Origin: Oscillospiraceae bacterium
GTDB taxonomy: Bacteria; Bacillota; Clostridia; Oscillospirales; Ruminococcaceae
Direction of reading: 5' to 3'
Assembly (NCBI GenBank): GCA_035447605.1
Contig: DAOTHJ010000006.1
Coordinates: forward strand, 14,488 to 78,487
DNA length: 64,000 bases
Shown here: piece by piece, positions 1 through 9,079 of the stretch
Numbering within the stretch: the first letter of the stretch is position 1
Layout of the letters: every line of letters starts with the position of its first letter
Program-made: the position numbers and the translations under genes
Notes under the pieces: generated by a model
What the model saw: only the letters and a program-made list of their open reading frames with translations
Databases searched by the model: none
What the model was told of the DNA's origin: nothing

Positions 1-447
1 CTCTGCATCGTCGGAATCCGCAGCCGGGGCCAGTCCCTCGCCAAGCTCATTCATGACGATATTCTGAAGATCGAGAATACGGACGTCCCCTGCGGCGACC
101 TCGATATTTATTTTTACCGGGACGACCTCACTCATATCACCGATTCGCCGGTCGTGCGCAAGGCGGATCTGCCCTTCTCCATCGTCGGAAAAAAGGTGGT
201 TCTGGTGGACGACGTGCTCTATACCGGCCGGACCGCCCGCGCCGCCATCGAGGCAATTTTTTCTCTCGGCCGGCCGGACAGCATCCAGTTCGCCGCCCTG
301 ATCGACCGCGGCCACCGCGAGCTGCCGATCCGCGCGGATTACGTCGGTAAATCTATCCCGACCTCCCGCCGCGAGCTGGTCTCCGTCCGCATCCCGCCGT
401 TTGACACCGAGACGCAGGTCCTGCTGATGGAGATGGACGAGACCTGA
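1..447 (+). CDS. pyrR: PyrR, pyrimidine operon attenuation regulator / uracil phosphoribosyltransferase (5' end cut by the window edge)
   Basis: Frame 1 is open from nt 1. The translation ...VVLVDDVLYTGRTARAAIEAI...LIDRGHRELPIRADYVGK has the PRPP-binding loop and the PyrR C-terminal signature. Confidence 0.9.
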   Translation, partial: LCIVGIRSRGQSLAKLIHDDILKIENTDVPCGDLDIYFYRDDLTHITDSPVVRKADLPFSIVGKKVVLVDDVLYTGRTARAAIEAIFSLGRPDSIQFAALIDRGHRELPIRADYVGKSIPTSRRELVSVRIPPFDTETQVLLMEMDET

Positions 448-630
448 GACAGCCGGAATCGGTGCGCCGGGTTCTTTTTCCAAAAAACAGCCCGGAAACA
501 GCATTCCCGCCGATGCGAGCTCCGAATCGGTTTTCTCGGAGATCGGCGCAGAAAAAACGAGGATCTTCCTTTTTAATTTTCCAAGCGCGGCTCCGTACCG
601 TACGGCGGCAGGCCCGAAACCCGCAAAATC

Positions 631-670
631 AAAAATAAAACAGCCGACGGAAATCCGCCGGCTGTTTTTA
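631..670. terminator. Bidirectional intrinsic terminator between convergent pyrR and upp
   Basis: A-run, then stem cagccgacgg / ccgccggctg (one mismatch) with a 4-nt loop, then T-run. Confidence 0.7.
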
Positions 671-744
671 TCAAAGCATGTTTTTTGGGGAACCCGCCGG
701 GACGCGCCCGCATCCTTTATAACGGCGAATCTTTTACGAAAAGA

Positions 745-1386
745 TCACATGGTTCCGAAGATGCGGTCTCCGGCGTCGCCGAAAGCGGTCATGATATAGC
801 CGTGCTCGTTGAGCGGAGCATCCGCATAATGGGCGGCATAGAGCTTGATGTCCGGATGCGCTTCCATCACGCGCTTGATGCCTTCGGGAGCCGCGATCAG
901 GGCAAGGAAGACGATCTTTTTGCAGCCGCGCTGTTTGAGGCAGTCGATTGCCGCTTTGGCGGAGCCTCCGGTCGCAAGCGCCGGATCAACAAGAATTACT
1001 GTGCTGTTCGCGGCCTCTTTCGGGAGCTTGAAGTAATACTCGTGCGGCTCGAGGGTCTCCTCGTCGCGGTAGAGGCCGATGTGGCCGACGTGGGCGTTCG
1101 GAAAGAGGCTGACCAGCCCGTCAACCATGCCGAGCCCTGCGCGGAGAATCGGAACAATGGTGACTTCCTCGTCGACGACCGGGGATTCAAATTTGGAGAG
1201 CGGGGCCTGGATCTCGACCATCTTGGTCTTGAGGTCGCGGAATGCCTCAAACCCCATCAGCATGGCAAGCTCGCTGACGATCTCACGGAATTCCTTGGTC
1301 TTCGTATTGACGTCGCACAGATGGGTGATTTTATGATCGATCAGCGGATGGTGAAAGATCGTCACGTTTTTCATATAGTCTTCCAT
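745..1386 (-). CDS. upp: Uracil phosphoribosyltransferase
   Basis: Full-length match to the Upp family by recall (..HPLIDHKITHL.., VPILRAGLGM, LVDPALATGGSA, GDAGDRIFGT). Start chosen at MEDYMKNV, 9 nt after a GGAAGGAG SD. The ATG at 1374 is an alternative. Confidence 0.9.
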   Translation of the reverse strand: MEDYMKNVTIFHHPLIDHKITHLCDVNTKTKEFREIVSELAMLMGFEAFRDLKTKMVEIQAPLSKFESPVVDEEVTIVPILRAGLGMVDGLVSLFPNAHVGHIGLYRDEETLEPHEYYFKLPKEAANSTVILVDPALATGGSAKAAIDCLKQRGCKKIVFLALIAAPEGIKRVMEAHPDIKLYAAHYADAPLNEHGYIMTAFGDAGDRIFGTM

Positions 1387-1594
1387 TTGAGAGAGCTCCT
1401 TCCGACGTGTTGTTTTCAAGGCATAAAAAATACGCCCCGCATGGCGAGACGCTGATTCCGGCCGGATCTCCGCGATTCTGATGGATTCCGTCTTATCAGC
1501 ATCTCTGTACTGATTTCAAAACTTTGCCGCTTTTTATTATAGGCCCGGCCGGATGCTCTGTCAATAAAATCCGGCAGATCTTTTGCGGGGAAGT

Positions 1595-1623
1595 TTGCTT
1601 ATTTTCATATTTTTTGATATAAT
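1595..1623 (+). promoter_or_regulatory. Sigma-A-type promoter for the DUF523 gene
   Basis: TTGCTT (1595-1600), 17-nt spacer, TATAAT (1618-1623). AAAGGAGG SD and the ATG at 1650 follow. Confidence 0.5.
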
Positions 1624-1649
1624 CGGACGAAAGAAAAGGAGGCTTTGCC

Positions 1650-2069
1650 ATGGGAATCATTCTTGTCAGCAGATGCCTGCTGGGCTGCGCCTGCCGCTAC
1701 GACGGCCAGAGCTGCCCGAACGAAAAAGTCCTTGCCCTCGGAAAGGAGCATATCCTGATCGGTGTCTGCCCGGAATGCGACGGCGGGCTTCCGACTCCGC
1801 GCGCCCCCAGCGAACGCATCGGGGACCGGGTTATCATGAAAACCGGAGAAGACGTTACGGAGAATTACCACCGCGGCGCGGAGATCGCCCTGCGCCTCGC
1901 AAAGGAGCTTCATGCCGACGGCGCCGTGCTCAAAGCCAAAAGCCCCTCCTGCGGCTGCGGCATCATCTACGACGGCACCTTCACCGGAACGCTCATCCCC
2001 GGAAACGGCGTGACGGCGGAGCTCTTCCTGCAAAACGGCATCCCGGTTAAAACGGAAAACGATTTATAA
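1650..2069 (+). CDS. DUF523 family protein (TudS-like thiouracil desulfidase candidate)
   Basis: 139 aa with Cys-rich motifs SRCLLGCACRYDG, GVCPECDGG and KSPSCGCG, typical of DUF523. Good SD. Confidence 0.75.
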   Translation: MGIILVSRCLLGCACRYDGQSCPNEKVLALGKEHILIGVCPECDGGLPTPRAPSERIGDRVIMKTGEDVTENYHRGAEIALRLAKELHADGAVLKAKSPSCGCGIIYDGTFTGTLIPGNGVTAELFLQNGIPVKTENDL

Positions 2070-2289
2070 ATTCCGTCCCGGCTTTCCCCCGTTTTGCTGT
2101 CTCTGAGACGCGGACTGCCGGCAAAAGCGGCGGCAACATCCCGTCCGCCGTCTCTCCGTTTTTGGGCGCGGAGGGCTTCTTTTCGGAAATTTTCAAAAAA
2201 TCCTTTTGGTTTATGCAGGAACAGTACTTTTCAAAATGCAGAAAGCATGGTATAATCCAAAAATAATTCATCAAGTCCGGAGGCGCAGT

Positions 2290-2559
2290 ATGAACGCGAT
2301 CATCACTGTCGTTGCGAAGGACGCCGTGGGCATCATCGCCTATATCAGCGGCTTCCTCAGCGAAAAAAACATCAACATCATGGATATCAGCCAGACCATC
2401 CTTCAGCAGTATTTTACGATGATTATGCTGGTGGATCTCTCCAAGTGCAGCGCGCCGTTCGACGAGCTGCGCACCTCCTTACAGGAGGCCGGCGACAAAA
2501 AAGGGCTTGTCGTCCACATCCAGCGCGAAGATATTTTCAACGCCATGCATAAAATTTAG
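2290..2559 (+). CDS. ACT domain protein (UPF0237 type)
   Basis: 89 aa: MNAIITVVAKDAVGIIAYISGFLSEKNINIMDISQTIL... GGAGG SD. TGgTATAAT extended -10 at 2248-2256 upstream. Confidence 0.8.
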   Translation: MNAIITVVAKDAVGIIAYISGFLSEKNINIMDISQTILQQYFTMIMLVDLSKCSAPFDELRTSLQEAGDKKGLVVHIQREDIFNAMHKI

Positions 2560-2613
2560 TTTCCGGGCCGCATGGGGCGAATGTTGCCCCGGCCCGCCGA
2601 TTTTGGAGTTGCT

Positions 2614-3972
2614 ATGATCAATACCGAAGATATTATTCAGACCATTCAAATGATCGACGAGCAGCACCTCGACGTCCGTACGGTCACGATGGGCATCTCG
2701 CTCCGTGACTGCGCCGACCCGTCGATGGAGCGCTGCTGCGAAAAAGTTTACGAAAAAATTACCCGCTATGCGAAGGATCTGGTGCCGGTATGCGAGGCCA
2801 TCGAGCAGGAATTCGGCATCCCGATCGTCAACCGGCGCATCTCCGTCACCCCGGCCGCGGATGTGGCGGCCTCCTGCGATTCGGACGACTACGTCCCCTT
2901 CGCAAAGGCGATGGACCGCGCGGCGGAGACGGTCGGCGCGGATTTCATCGGCGGTTTCTCCTCTCTGGTACACAAGGGCTTCTCCCGCTGCGACAGCACC
3001 CTTTTCCGCTCCATTCCGGAGGCGCTCGCCGAGACGGGCCGCGTCTGCTCCAGCGTCAACATCGCCACCACCCGGGCCGGCATCAACATGGACGCCGTCG
3101 CGCGGATGGGCGAGATCATCAAGGAGACCGCCTTCCTGACAAAGGAAAAGGACTGTCTCGGCTGCGCGAAACTCGTGGTCTTTTCCAATGCGGTGGAGGA
3201 TAACCCCTTCATGGCAGGTGCGTTTCACGGGGAAGGCGAACCGGAGTGCTGCATCAACGTCGGCGTTTCCGGGCCGGGCGTCGTCGCCCATGCGTTAAAA
3301 GAATGCGGCGGCATGCCGTTTGATACGGTCGCCGAGACGATCAAGCGCACCGCCTTTAAGATCACCCGCGTCGGCCAGCTCGTTGCACAGGAGGCCTCAA
3401 GCCGCCTCGGCGTACCCTTTGGCGTCGTGGATCTCTCGCTTGCGCCGACCTCCGCCGTCGGAGATTCCGTCGCGGAGATTCTCGAACTGATGGGACTCGA
3501 AAGCTGCGGCGCTCCCGGCACAACCGCCGCCCTCGCGCTGCTCAACGACGCCGTCAAAAAGGGCGGCATCATGGCTTCCAGCCACGTCGGCGGGCTCTCC
3601 GGGGCCTTTATCCCGGTCAGCGAGGATTCCGGCATGGTCGCCGCCGTCGAAAGAGGCAGCCTGAGCATTGAAAAGCTCGAGGCCATGACCTGCGTGTGCT
3701 CCGTCGGGCTCGACATGATTGCCATTCCGGGCAGCACCTCCGCCGCCACCATCTCCGCCATCATCGCGGATGAGGCCGCCATCGGCATGATCAACAACAA
3801 GACAACCGCCGTCCGCATCATCCCGGCTCTGGGCAAAGAGCCCGGCGACCATGTGGATTTCGGCGGCCTGCTCGGAAGCGCTCCGGTGATGAAGGTCTCC
3901 TCCTTCTCTCCGGAAAAATTCATCGCCCGCGGCGGAAGAATCCCCGCCCCGATCCACAGTCTGCGCAACTGA
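2614..3972 (+). CDS. UPF0210 / DUF711 (PFL4-like) family protein
   Basis: About 452 aa, starting [30 protein letters not shown]... This is the conserved partner of the upstream ACT gene in Firmicutes. Confidence 0.8.
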   Translation: MINTEDIIQTIQMIDEQHLDVRTVTMGISLRDCADPSMERCCEKVYEKITRYAKDLVPVCEAIEQEFGIPIVNRRISVTPAADVAASCDSDDYVPFAKAMDRAAETVGADFIGGFSSLVHKGFSRCDSTLFRSIPEALAETGRVCSSVNIATTRAGINMDAVARMGEIIKETAFLTKEKDCLGCAKLVVFSNAVEDNPFMAGAFHGEGEPECCINVGVSGPGVVAHALKECGGMPFDTVAETIKRTAFKITRVGQLVAQEASSRLGVPFGVVDLSLAPTSAVGDSVAEILELMGLESCGAPGTTAALALLNDAVKKGGIMASSHVGGLSGAFIPVSEDSGMVAAVERGSLSIEKLEAMTCVCSVGLDMIAIPGSTSAATISAIIADEAAIGMINNKTTAVRIIPALGKEPGDHVDFGGLLGSAPVMKVSSFSPEKFIARGGRIPAPIHSLRN

Positions 3973-4089
3973 AAAAGTTCGGATTTTGCCGAATTTGGAA
4001 TTTTTTATATTTTTCTTAAAGCACCGGCATTGTTTTGACGAAGAAATACTATTATACTGGAGTCAGACATTTGAAAGAAGTGACCATCC

Positions 4090-4530
4090 ATGGCATTTTG
4101 TCCCAACTGTGGCACAAACATCCCGGAGGGGGCCAACTGCTGCCCTTCCTGCGGAAAACCCGTTGACGGAAAGCAGCCCCCGATCGTCGAGGAGCAGACC
4201 GATTTCACCGAGAATTATTCCGCCGAAGAACGTACCGCTCTCGGCAAGCTCGCCGCTCTGCAGTACATCTCCATCGTCTTCGCGGCGTTTGCCATGATCG
4301 CGGAACCGAATTCCAAATTCATCCGCTTCCATGCGAACCAGGTGCTCGTCCTGACCCTGTTCTATCTGGCCTGCGGCGTGGTGGCCATCGTCCCGTTCCT
4401 CGGGTGGGTCGCCTCCGGCGTCGGCATGATTGTGGGCCTCGTCTGGACCATTATGGGCTTCGTCCGCGCCTGGAAGGGCGAGGCGAGATTCCTGCCGCTG
4501 ATCGGCAAGGTTAAATTCATTACATACTGA
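4090..4530 (+). CDS. Zinc-ribbon membrane protein (DUF4870-like C-terminal TM region)
   Basis: N-terminal CPNCG...CPSCG zinc ribbon followed by hydrophobic helices. Confidence 0.6.
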   Translation: MAFCPNCGTNIPEGANCCPSCGKPVDGKQPPIVEEQTDFTENYSAEERTALGKLAALQYISIVFAAFAMIAEPNSKFIRFHANQVLVLTLFYLACGVVAIVPFLGWVASGVGMIVGLVWTIMGFVRAWKGEARFLPLIGKVKFITY

Positions 4531-4544
4531 AAAATCCGTTCCCT

Positions 4545-4580
4545 GCCGCCGCGGTACAAAACCCGCGGCGGTCTTTTTTC
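4545..4580 (+). terminator. Intrinsic terminator
   Basis: Stem gccgccgcgg / ccgcggcgg(t), then a TTTTTT run. Confidence 0.75.
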
Positions 4581-4756
4581 ATTTCAATCAGAATCAGCTC
4601 GGCCTTGAAAATCCCATGAGCATGCGCCATCGGCTCTGTTATGCCGAAGGCGTTTTTCTTTTTGCGGGCCGCGTAATCATCATTTCTCCGTGTTTGGTTC
4701 CGGTAAACTTCTCTCAGGGGCAAGGGGTGAGCGCCCCCAATAACCGAGAAAGGAAC

Positions 4757-5596
4757 ATGGATATGGCATTATCGAAAATCACGGACGCCGACCTCGAAGG
4801 AAAGGGCGTCTGCGGGCAGGCGGATGTGCCGGGCCTGAGCGCCTCGGAGATGCAGGAAAAGGTTGAGGAGATCGTGCGCAGCGTGGTGATTCCGAAATTC
4901 AACGCCAACGCCGACCTGACCTGCACAAAGGAGGATCTCGCGGAGGCACAGTTTACCGCCGGGGCGGTCTCCTCCGTCTTTGGCCGGGCGGGAGATGTCT
5001 TTGCGGCCGCCGGGGATTATGACGCGGCAAAGATCGGCTACAACGGCGGGACCTCCGGGCTCTCCGCCGGGAACGTGCAGGCCGCGGTCGACGAGCTGGC
5101 TTCCGGTCTCGCCGGAAAGGCCGCCTCCGCCCACGCGCACGGAAACCTCTCCTCCGACGGAAAGCTCGGCACCACAGCCGGGAACATCGTCGTCACCGGA
5201 ACCGGCGGCGCCATTGAAGCGAAGGGCGCGGTCGCGGCGGGCATTGCGACGCTCGACGCCGGCAGCAAGATGACGCCGCTTCAGACCGCCTCCGACCAGA
5301 CCGAGATCACCGCGAGCCACACGCTGGAGCTTGCCGACGCGGGGAGGGACCTCGTCTGTACCAACAGCGCGGACATCACGGTCACCGTGCCGCTCTATGC
5401 GGATGTGGCTTTCCCGCTCGACACGGAGATCGTCATTTTCCGCGCCGGAGCCGGGGCCGTTTCCGTCGCATTCGCCTCGGGCGTGACGGTCTGGTGCAAG
5501 GAAGCGAGCTATGGAATCGCAGACCGGTATTCCGGCGTGCTGTTAAAGAAACGGGCCGCCGACAACACCTGGAGTCTGGAAGGGAACCTCGGATGA
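4757..5596 (+). CDS. Phage tail-fibre / minor structural protein-like
   Basis: 279 aa, Gly/Ala/Thr-rich with an N-terminal ..ITDADLEGKGV.GQADVPGLSASEMQEKVEEI.. segment that I recognise from prophage tail-fibre-type proteins. SD GAGAAAGGA. The family assignment is from memory only. Confidence 0.5.
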   Translation: MDMALSKITDADLEGKGVCGQADVPGLSASEMQEKVEEIVRSVVIPKFNANADLTCTKEDLAEAQFTAGAVSSVFGRAGDVFAAAGDYDAAKIGYNGGTSGLSAGNVQAAVDELASGLAGKAASAHAHGNLSSDGKLGTTAGNIVVTGTGGAIEAKGAVAAGIATLDAGSKMTPLQTASDQTEITASHTLELADAGRDLVCTNSADITVTVPLYADVAFPLDTEIVIFRAGAGAVSVAFASGVTVWCKEASYGIADRYSGVLLKKRAADNTWSLEGNLG

Positions 5597-5673
5597 AAAA
5601 AGAGAGGCGGCAATCCGGGGATTTTTGCCCGAAAAGAAAAAACGGCGCGCTTTTCCGCAGGGGGGCATAGCAT

Positions 5674-5931
5674 ATGCAGGAAGCTGTTCTGGCCGCCCTG
5701 ATCACGGGCGCGGCCACCGTCATCGTGCAGCTTCTCATCAGCCACCGGGAACGGACGGAGCAGGAGATCCTTCTCCGCCGTCAGGTGGACCTTCTGATCG
5801 GCAGGCTCGACATCCTGGAGGGGAAGGTGGAGAAACACAACAATCTTGTGGAACGAATCTACAAGACGGAGGCGGATATGACCTCCGTAAAAGAAAGACT
5901 CGCCGGGATTTCACATATCCCGCGTGCATGA
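5674..5931 (+). CDS. Small membrane-anchored coiled-coil protein (phage lysis-associated, XhlA-like role possible)
   Basis: 85 aa with an N-terminal TM helix then a heptad-like segment (LIGRLDILEGKVEKHNNLVERIY). Sits immediately upstream of the holin. Confidence 0.45.
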   Translation: MQEAVLAALITGAATVIVQLLISHRERTEQEILLRRQVDLLIGRLDILEGKVEKHNNLVERIYKTEADMTSVKERLAGISHIPRA

Positions 5932-5944
5932 GAGGTGTTTTTTT

Positions 5945-6223
5945 ATGATTAACTGGAAAGTCCGTCTGCGCAACAAGACCTGGCTGCTGGCCGCCGTTCC
6001 GGTCACCGCGGCTGCGATCTATTCCGTACTCGCTTTATTCGATATCGTCCCTGCGGTCAGTGAATCCAATTTGGTCAATGCGCTCACTATGATCGTCAAC
6101 CTTTTGGCAGAAATCGGCATCGTGATCGATCCGACGACCGAAGGCATCGCCGACAGCAAGCGCGCGCTCTGTTACAATTATCCCTACTGCGACAAGGGGG
6201 ATCAAACGGATGGCAACGTTTGA
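5945..6223 (+). CDS. Phage holin (phiLC3 / holin_4_1-type)
   Basis: MINWKVRLRNKTW..., two TM segments and the family hallmark DPTTEGIADSKRALCYNYP. Overlaps the endolysin start. Confidence 0.8.
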   Translation: MINWKVRLRNKTWLLAAVPVTAAAIYSVLALFDIVPAVSESNLVNALTMIVNLLAEIGIVIDPTTEGIADSKRALCYNYPYCDKGDQTDGNV

Positions 6224-6917
6224 CGGCATCGACGTCTCCAAATACCAGGGGACCATCGACTGGGCAAAAGTCCGGGGAGCCGGCATCCGGTTTGCCATTC
6301 TGCGCGCCGGCATCGGCGGCAGCGCCGATGCCATGCTGAAGACAAACCTCGCCGGCTGCACCGCCGAGGAAATTCCTTTCGGCTTTTACCATTTCTGCAA
6401 ATCCACGGACGCGCAGGACGCAAAGGAGGAGGGCGCCGCCTTCCTGAAGACGATCTCCGGCGCGAAACCGGAGTATCCGATCTTCTGCGATATCGAGCTC
6501 TCGTCCCAGACGGCGCTTCCCGCGGCGGAGCAGCTCGACATCGTCGACGCCTTTTTTGAGGAGGCGCTCCAAGAAGGCTACCTCTGCGGCGTCTACTCCT
6601 TTAAAGCCAATCTCGAAAAGCTGCTCGCCTCGGAGCCGGAGCGCCTGAAGAAGTACGAGATCTGGTGCGCGCAGTGGGGCAGCAAGAATTCTTTGGAGGA
6701 GACGAGCGGCCTCTGGCAGTGGAGCAGCAAGGGTACCACCTCCGGTATCGGCACGGTCGTGGACCTGAACATCGCCTACAAGGATTATCCGGCTCTGGTC
6801 CGCGAGCTGGGCAAAAACGGCTTCCCTAAAGAGGAAACCGAGGACTGCGCCGCCATCCGGGCGGAACGGGATGCCCTCGCGGAGAAACTCCGGAAGATCG
6901 CCGAGATTCTCGGGTAA
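6210..6917 (+). CDS. GH25 muramidase (endolysin catalytic domain only)
   Basis: GIDVSKYQGTIDWAKVRGAGIRFAILRAG... and a later FYHF motif are typical of GH25. The 235-aa protein ends in a short coiled tail with no recognisable cell-wall-binding repeats. Confidence 0.85.
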   Translation: MATFDGIDVSKYQGTIDWAKVRGAGIRFAILRAGIGGSADAMLKTNLAGCTAEEIPFGFYHFCKSTDAQDAKEEGAAFLKTISGAKPEYPIFCDIELSSQTALPAAEQLDIVDAFFEEALQEGYLCGVYSFKANLEKLLASEPERLKKYEIWCAQWGSKNSLEETSGLWQWSSKGTTSGIGTVVDLNIAYKDYPALVRELGKNGFPKEETEDCAAIRAERDALAEKLRKIAEILG

Positions 6918-6937
6918 GAGACCGCATAAACAGAAAA

Positions 6938-6978
6938 GGCCGGGCTACCCCTTTTGGGGCGGCCCGGTCTTTGTTTTT
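6938..6978 (+). terminator. Intrinsic terminator after the endolysin gene
   Basis: ggccgggctacccc-tttt-ggggcggcccggtc hairpin followed by tttgttttt. Confidence 0.7.
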
Positions 6979-7020
6979 AAAAAATTGCACGCATCCCGCA
7001 CCGCGGCAGGCGGAACCAAA

Positions 7021-7460
7021 AAAGCAGCGTCCGGTTTGCGGATTTTATGTGGAGTTCTTTGCGTATCGGCATGCGACAAAAAAGGATCCATCAAGCACGC
7101 CGGTCTCTGGATAATGACCGAAGAAAAAAATGACTCGGGGGTTGGGAAAAGCGACTCCGGTCTGCGGATTTCATGCGGAGTTCTTTGTGTATCGGCATGC
7201 GACAAAAAAGAATCTATCAAATGCACCGATTTTCATACATCGGCCGGCCAAAACAAGAAGCGGCTCGGGGTTAAAATAACGGCCTCGGTCTACTATAAGA
7301 CTCTTCATGTGCCAGCATGGGAGAAAGAAAGATTTATAAAATACATCTATTTCCCTGCATCGGCCTGCCGAAACAAAAAATGGTTTGGGATTGAGAAAGC
7401 CGGTCTCCGGTTCCGATCCCGATAATTTATGCGGAATCCTCAAAGCGTCACGCCGCGACG
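7021..7460. repeat. Decaying tandem repeat array, 3-4 units of about 119-130 nt
   Basis: Units start near 7021, 7147, 7277 and 7396. Units 1 and 2 share long identical runs (gcggatttyatgyggagttctttgygtatcggcatgcgacaaaaaag). Units 3-4 keep only boundary motifs (aaagc..ccggtct, ctcgggg/tttggg, catcggcctgccgaaacaaaaaa). Confidence 0.7.
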
Positions 7461-7485
7461 GAGAAGCGTCGGGCCGCCGCCGGAT

Positions 7486-8589
7486 TTATAAAATATGCAG
7501 CGTCATGCAGGGGAAGCCCCTCTGCTCCATCTCCGCGGCGAAACTGCCGGCGCGCTCGTTTTTGACAAAGCACTGCGCCGCTCCGGCGAAACCGCCTCCG
7601 TGCACCCGTACGGCGCCATCCTCCCCGAGCAGTTCCCGCGCCGTGAAAATGGCCTTTTCAAGGCGGTGCTCCGGCTCATGTTCGGAGACAATGTTCTTTA
7701 AAAACTGCTCGGAGCTCTCCGCCGACTCGCGGAAGAGCCGCAGAAATTCCTCAAAATCGCCGCGGCGGAGGGCGTCGGCCTCATCCTCGGCGCGCTGGGT
7801 CTCAAAAAAGTAATGGGATGCGCGCAGCATCACGCGCTCGCCGAACCGGTCCCGGATGACCGGGGCCTGCGCGAAGAATTCCGCCGGCTCCACCTCGCAG
7901 AGACGCTCGCACTCCAGCGCCCTCGCGGCGGTACACATATCCTGCGGGATGGCGGCATAGTCCTCCGTCAGGTCGCAGTGCCCGGCGCCGGAATCCGCCA
8001 TGACGAGCGTATAGCCGCTCCGGGAAAAATCATAATCGACCCGCTCGCACTGCGGCAGATACGGGTTTTGGAAATTGGCCGAGATGACACAGCCCGCCGC
8101 GCAGGCAAGCTGATCCATCAGGCCGCACGGTTTGCCGAAAAACAGGTTCTCCGCCCGCCGGCCAAAGATGGCCAGATGCTCGGGCGGCACCTCCTCGCCG
8201 AAATAGAGCCCGCCGATGATCGTGCCGATCAGCACCTCAAAGGCCGCGGAGGAGGCAAGCCCCTTCCCGGCCGGAATCTCCGACGTGATCTCCGCCTCAA
8301 AGCCGCCGAAAGAGTTGCCGCTCTCGAGGAACGAATCACAGACGCCGCGCACGAGGGCGTCGGCCGTCCCCGGTTTTGCGAATTCCGCCCCGGTCTCCGA
8401 GAGATCGAACGAGCACTCCCCGAAGCCCTCCGACCGGACGGTGATACGATCGTCCCCGGTCTTTTTGGCCTTCGCCGTCACCCAGCGGTCGATTGCCGCC
8501 GCAAGGACGCTGCCGCCCTGATGGTCCGTATGGTTGCCGCCGAGTTCGGTCCTGCCCGGAACCCGATATATGGAAATTTCGTCTTCCAT
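7486..8589 (-). CDS. Galactokinase-family GHMP sugar kinase
   Basis: PGRTELGGNHTDHQGG (GalK signature variant), GHMP motif PAGKGLASSAA and C-terminal VHGGGFAG. Start at MEDEISIY after a GGGGGG SD. Confidence 0.8.
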   Translation of the reverse strand: MEDEISIYRVPGRTELGGNHTDHQGGSVLAAAIDRWVTAKAKKTGDDRITVRSEGFGECSFDLSETGAEFAKPGTADALVRGVCDSFLESGNSFGGFEAEITSEIPAGKGLASSAAFEVLIGTIIGGLYFGEEVPPEHLAIFGRRAENLFFGKPCGLMDQLACAAGCVISANFQNPYLPQCERVDYDFSRSGYTLVMADSGAGHCDLTEDYAAIPQDMCTAARALECERLCEVEPAEFFAQAPVIRDRFGERVMLRASHYFFETQRAEDEADALRRGDFEEFLRLFRESAESSEQFLKNIVSEHEPEHRLEKAIFTARELLGEDGAVRVHGGGFAGAAQCFVKNERAGSFAAEMEQRGFPCMTLHIL

Positions 8590-8737
8590 CGCGGTCCCCC
8601 CTTTTCTACCAAAGATTTTAGCGCAAAAACGCCGCAATGGCAAGACAGCCCTTTGACGGCGAAACGGTTCCATGATAAAATAACGTTCAGTCATTCGTCG
8701 CCATGAGCCCGGATGCCGCGGAGGGAGGGAACGAAAG

Positions 8738-9079
8738 ATGCCGCAGGTGATTTCGGATTGGTTTTTCGCCGCGGGAAATTTCGTCTCCGGCTTTTGGCCT
8801 CTGCCCGTTCCGGTGCTGCTTGGATATTATATTCCGATCAACCTGATCACGTTTTTTCTGTATCTGCGCGACAAGCGGCTTGCTATGGGAAACCGCCGCC
8901 GCATCCCGGAGGCGGTGCTGCTCGGCTGGACGGCTTTCGGAGGCGCTGTCGGCGCCCTCTGCGGCATGCGGATTTTTCACCACAAAACGCGCAAGCCGAA
9001 ATTCCGGATTCTGGTGCCGCTGTTTTTGCTTCTCCACGCGGCCCTGATTTTTTTCTGCTTCTTCGGAGGGATATCATGA
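8738..9079 (+). CDS. DUF1294 membrane protein
   Basis: ..RDKRLAMGNRRRIPEAVLLGWTAFGGAVGALCGMRIFHHKTRKPKF.. is typical of DUF1294. The stop overlaps an ATG (ATGA at 9076-9079). Confidence 0.8.
   Translation: MPQVISDWFFAAGNFVSGFWPLPVPVLLGYYIPINLITFFLYLRDKRLAMGNRRRIPEAVLLGWTAFGGAVGALCGMRIFHHKTRKPKFRILVPLFLLLHAALIFFCFFGGIS

Larger units (their letters stand above)
4757..6917 (+). mobile_element. Orphan phage-derived module (tail-fibre-like gene plus lysis cassette). No integrase, head or portal genes lie nearby.
   Basis: Four co-oriented, tightly spaced genes with phage-type products, bracketed by terminators at 4545-4580 and 6938-6978. Confidence 0.6.

Noticed and set aside
685-1455. 256-aa plus-strand ORF overlapping upp, and the many 60-180-aa off-frame ORFs listed inside other genes.
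   Set aside because: Same reasoning: off-frame or antisense to confidently identified genes, with Arg/Pro/Ser-rich translations.
6871-7425. 184-aa (+) and 93-aa (-) ORFs spanning the 7021-7460 repeat array.
   Set aside because: Their internally repeated peptides simply reflect the DNA tandem repeat. They have no SD, lie in a convergent intergenic spacer, and their codon usage is unlike that of neighbouring genes.
7021-7460. Possible CRISPR array (also considered for 63162-63280).
   Set aside because: The 7021-7460 units are about 126 nt, contiguous and mutually diverging, with no short conserved repeat / unique spacer alternation. The 63162-63280 repeats are 19 nt with 10-22-nt gaps, which is too short and irregular. 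No cas genes are present in the window.
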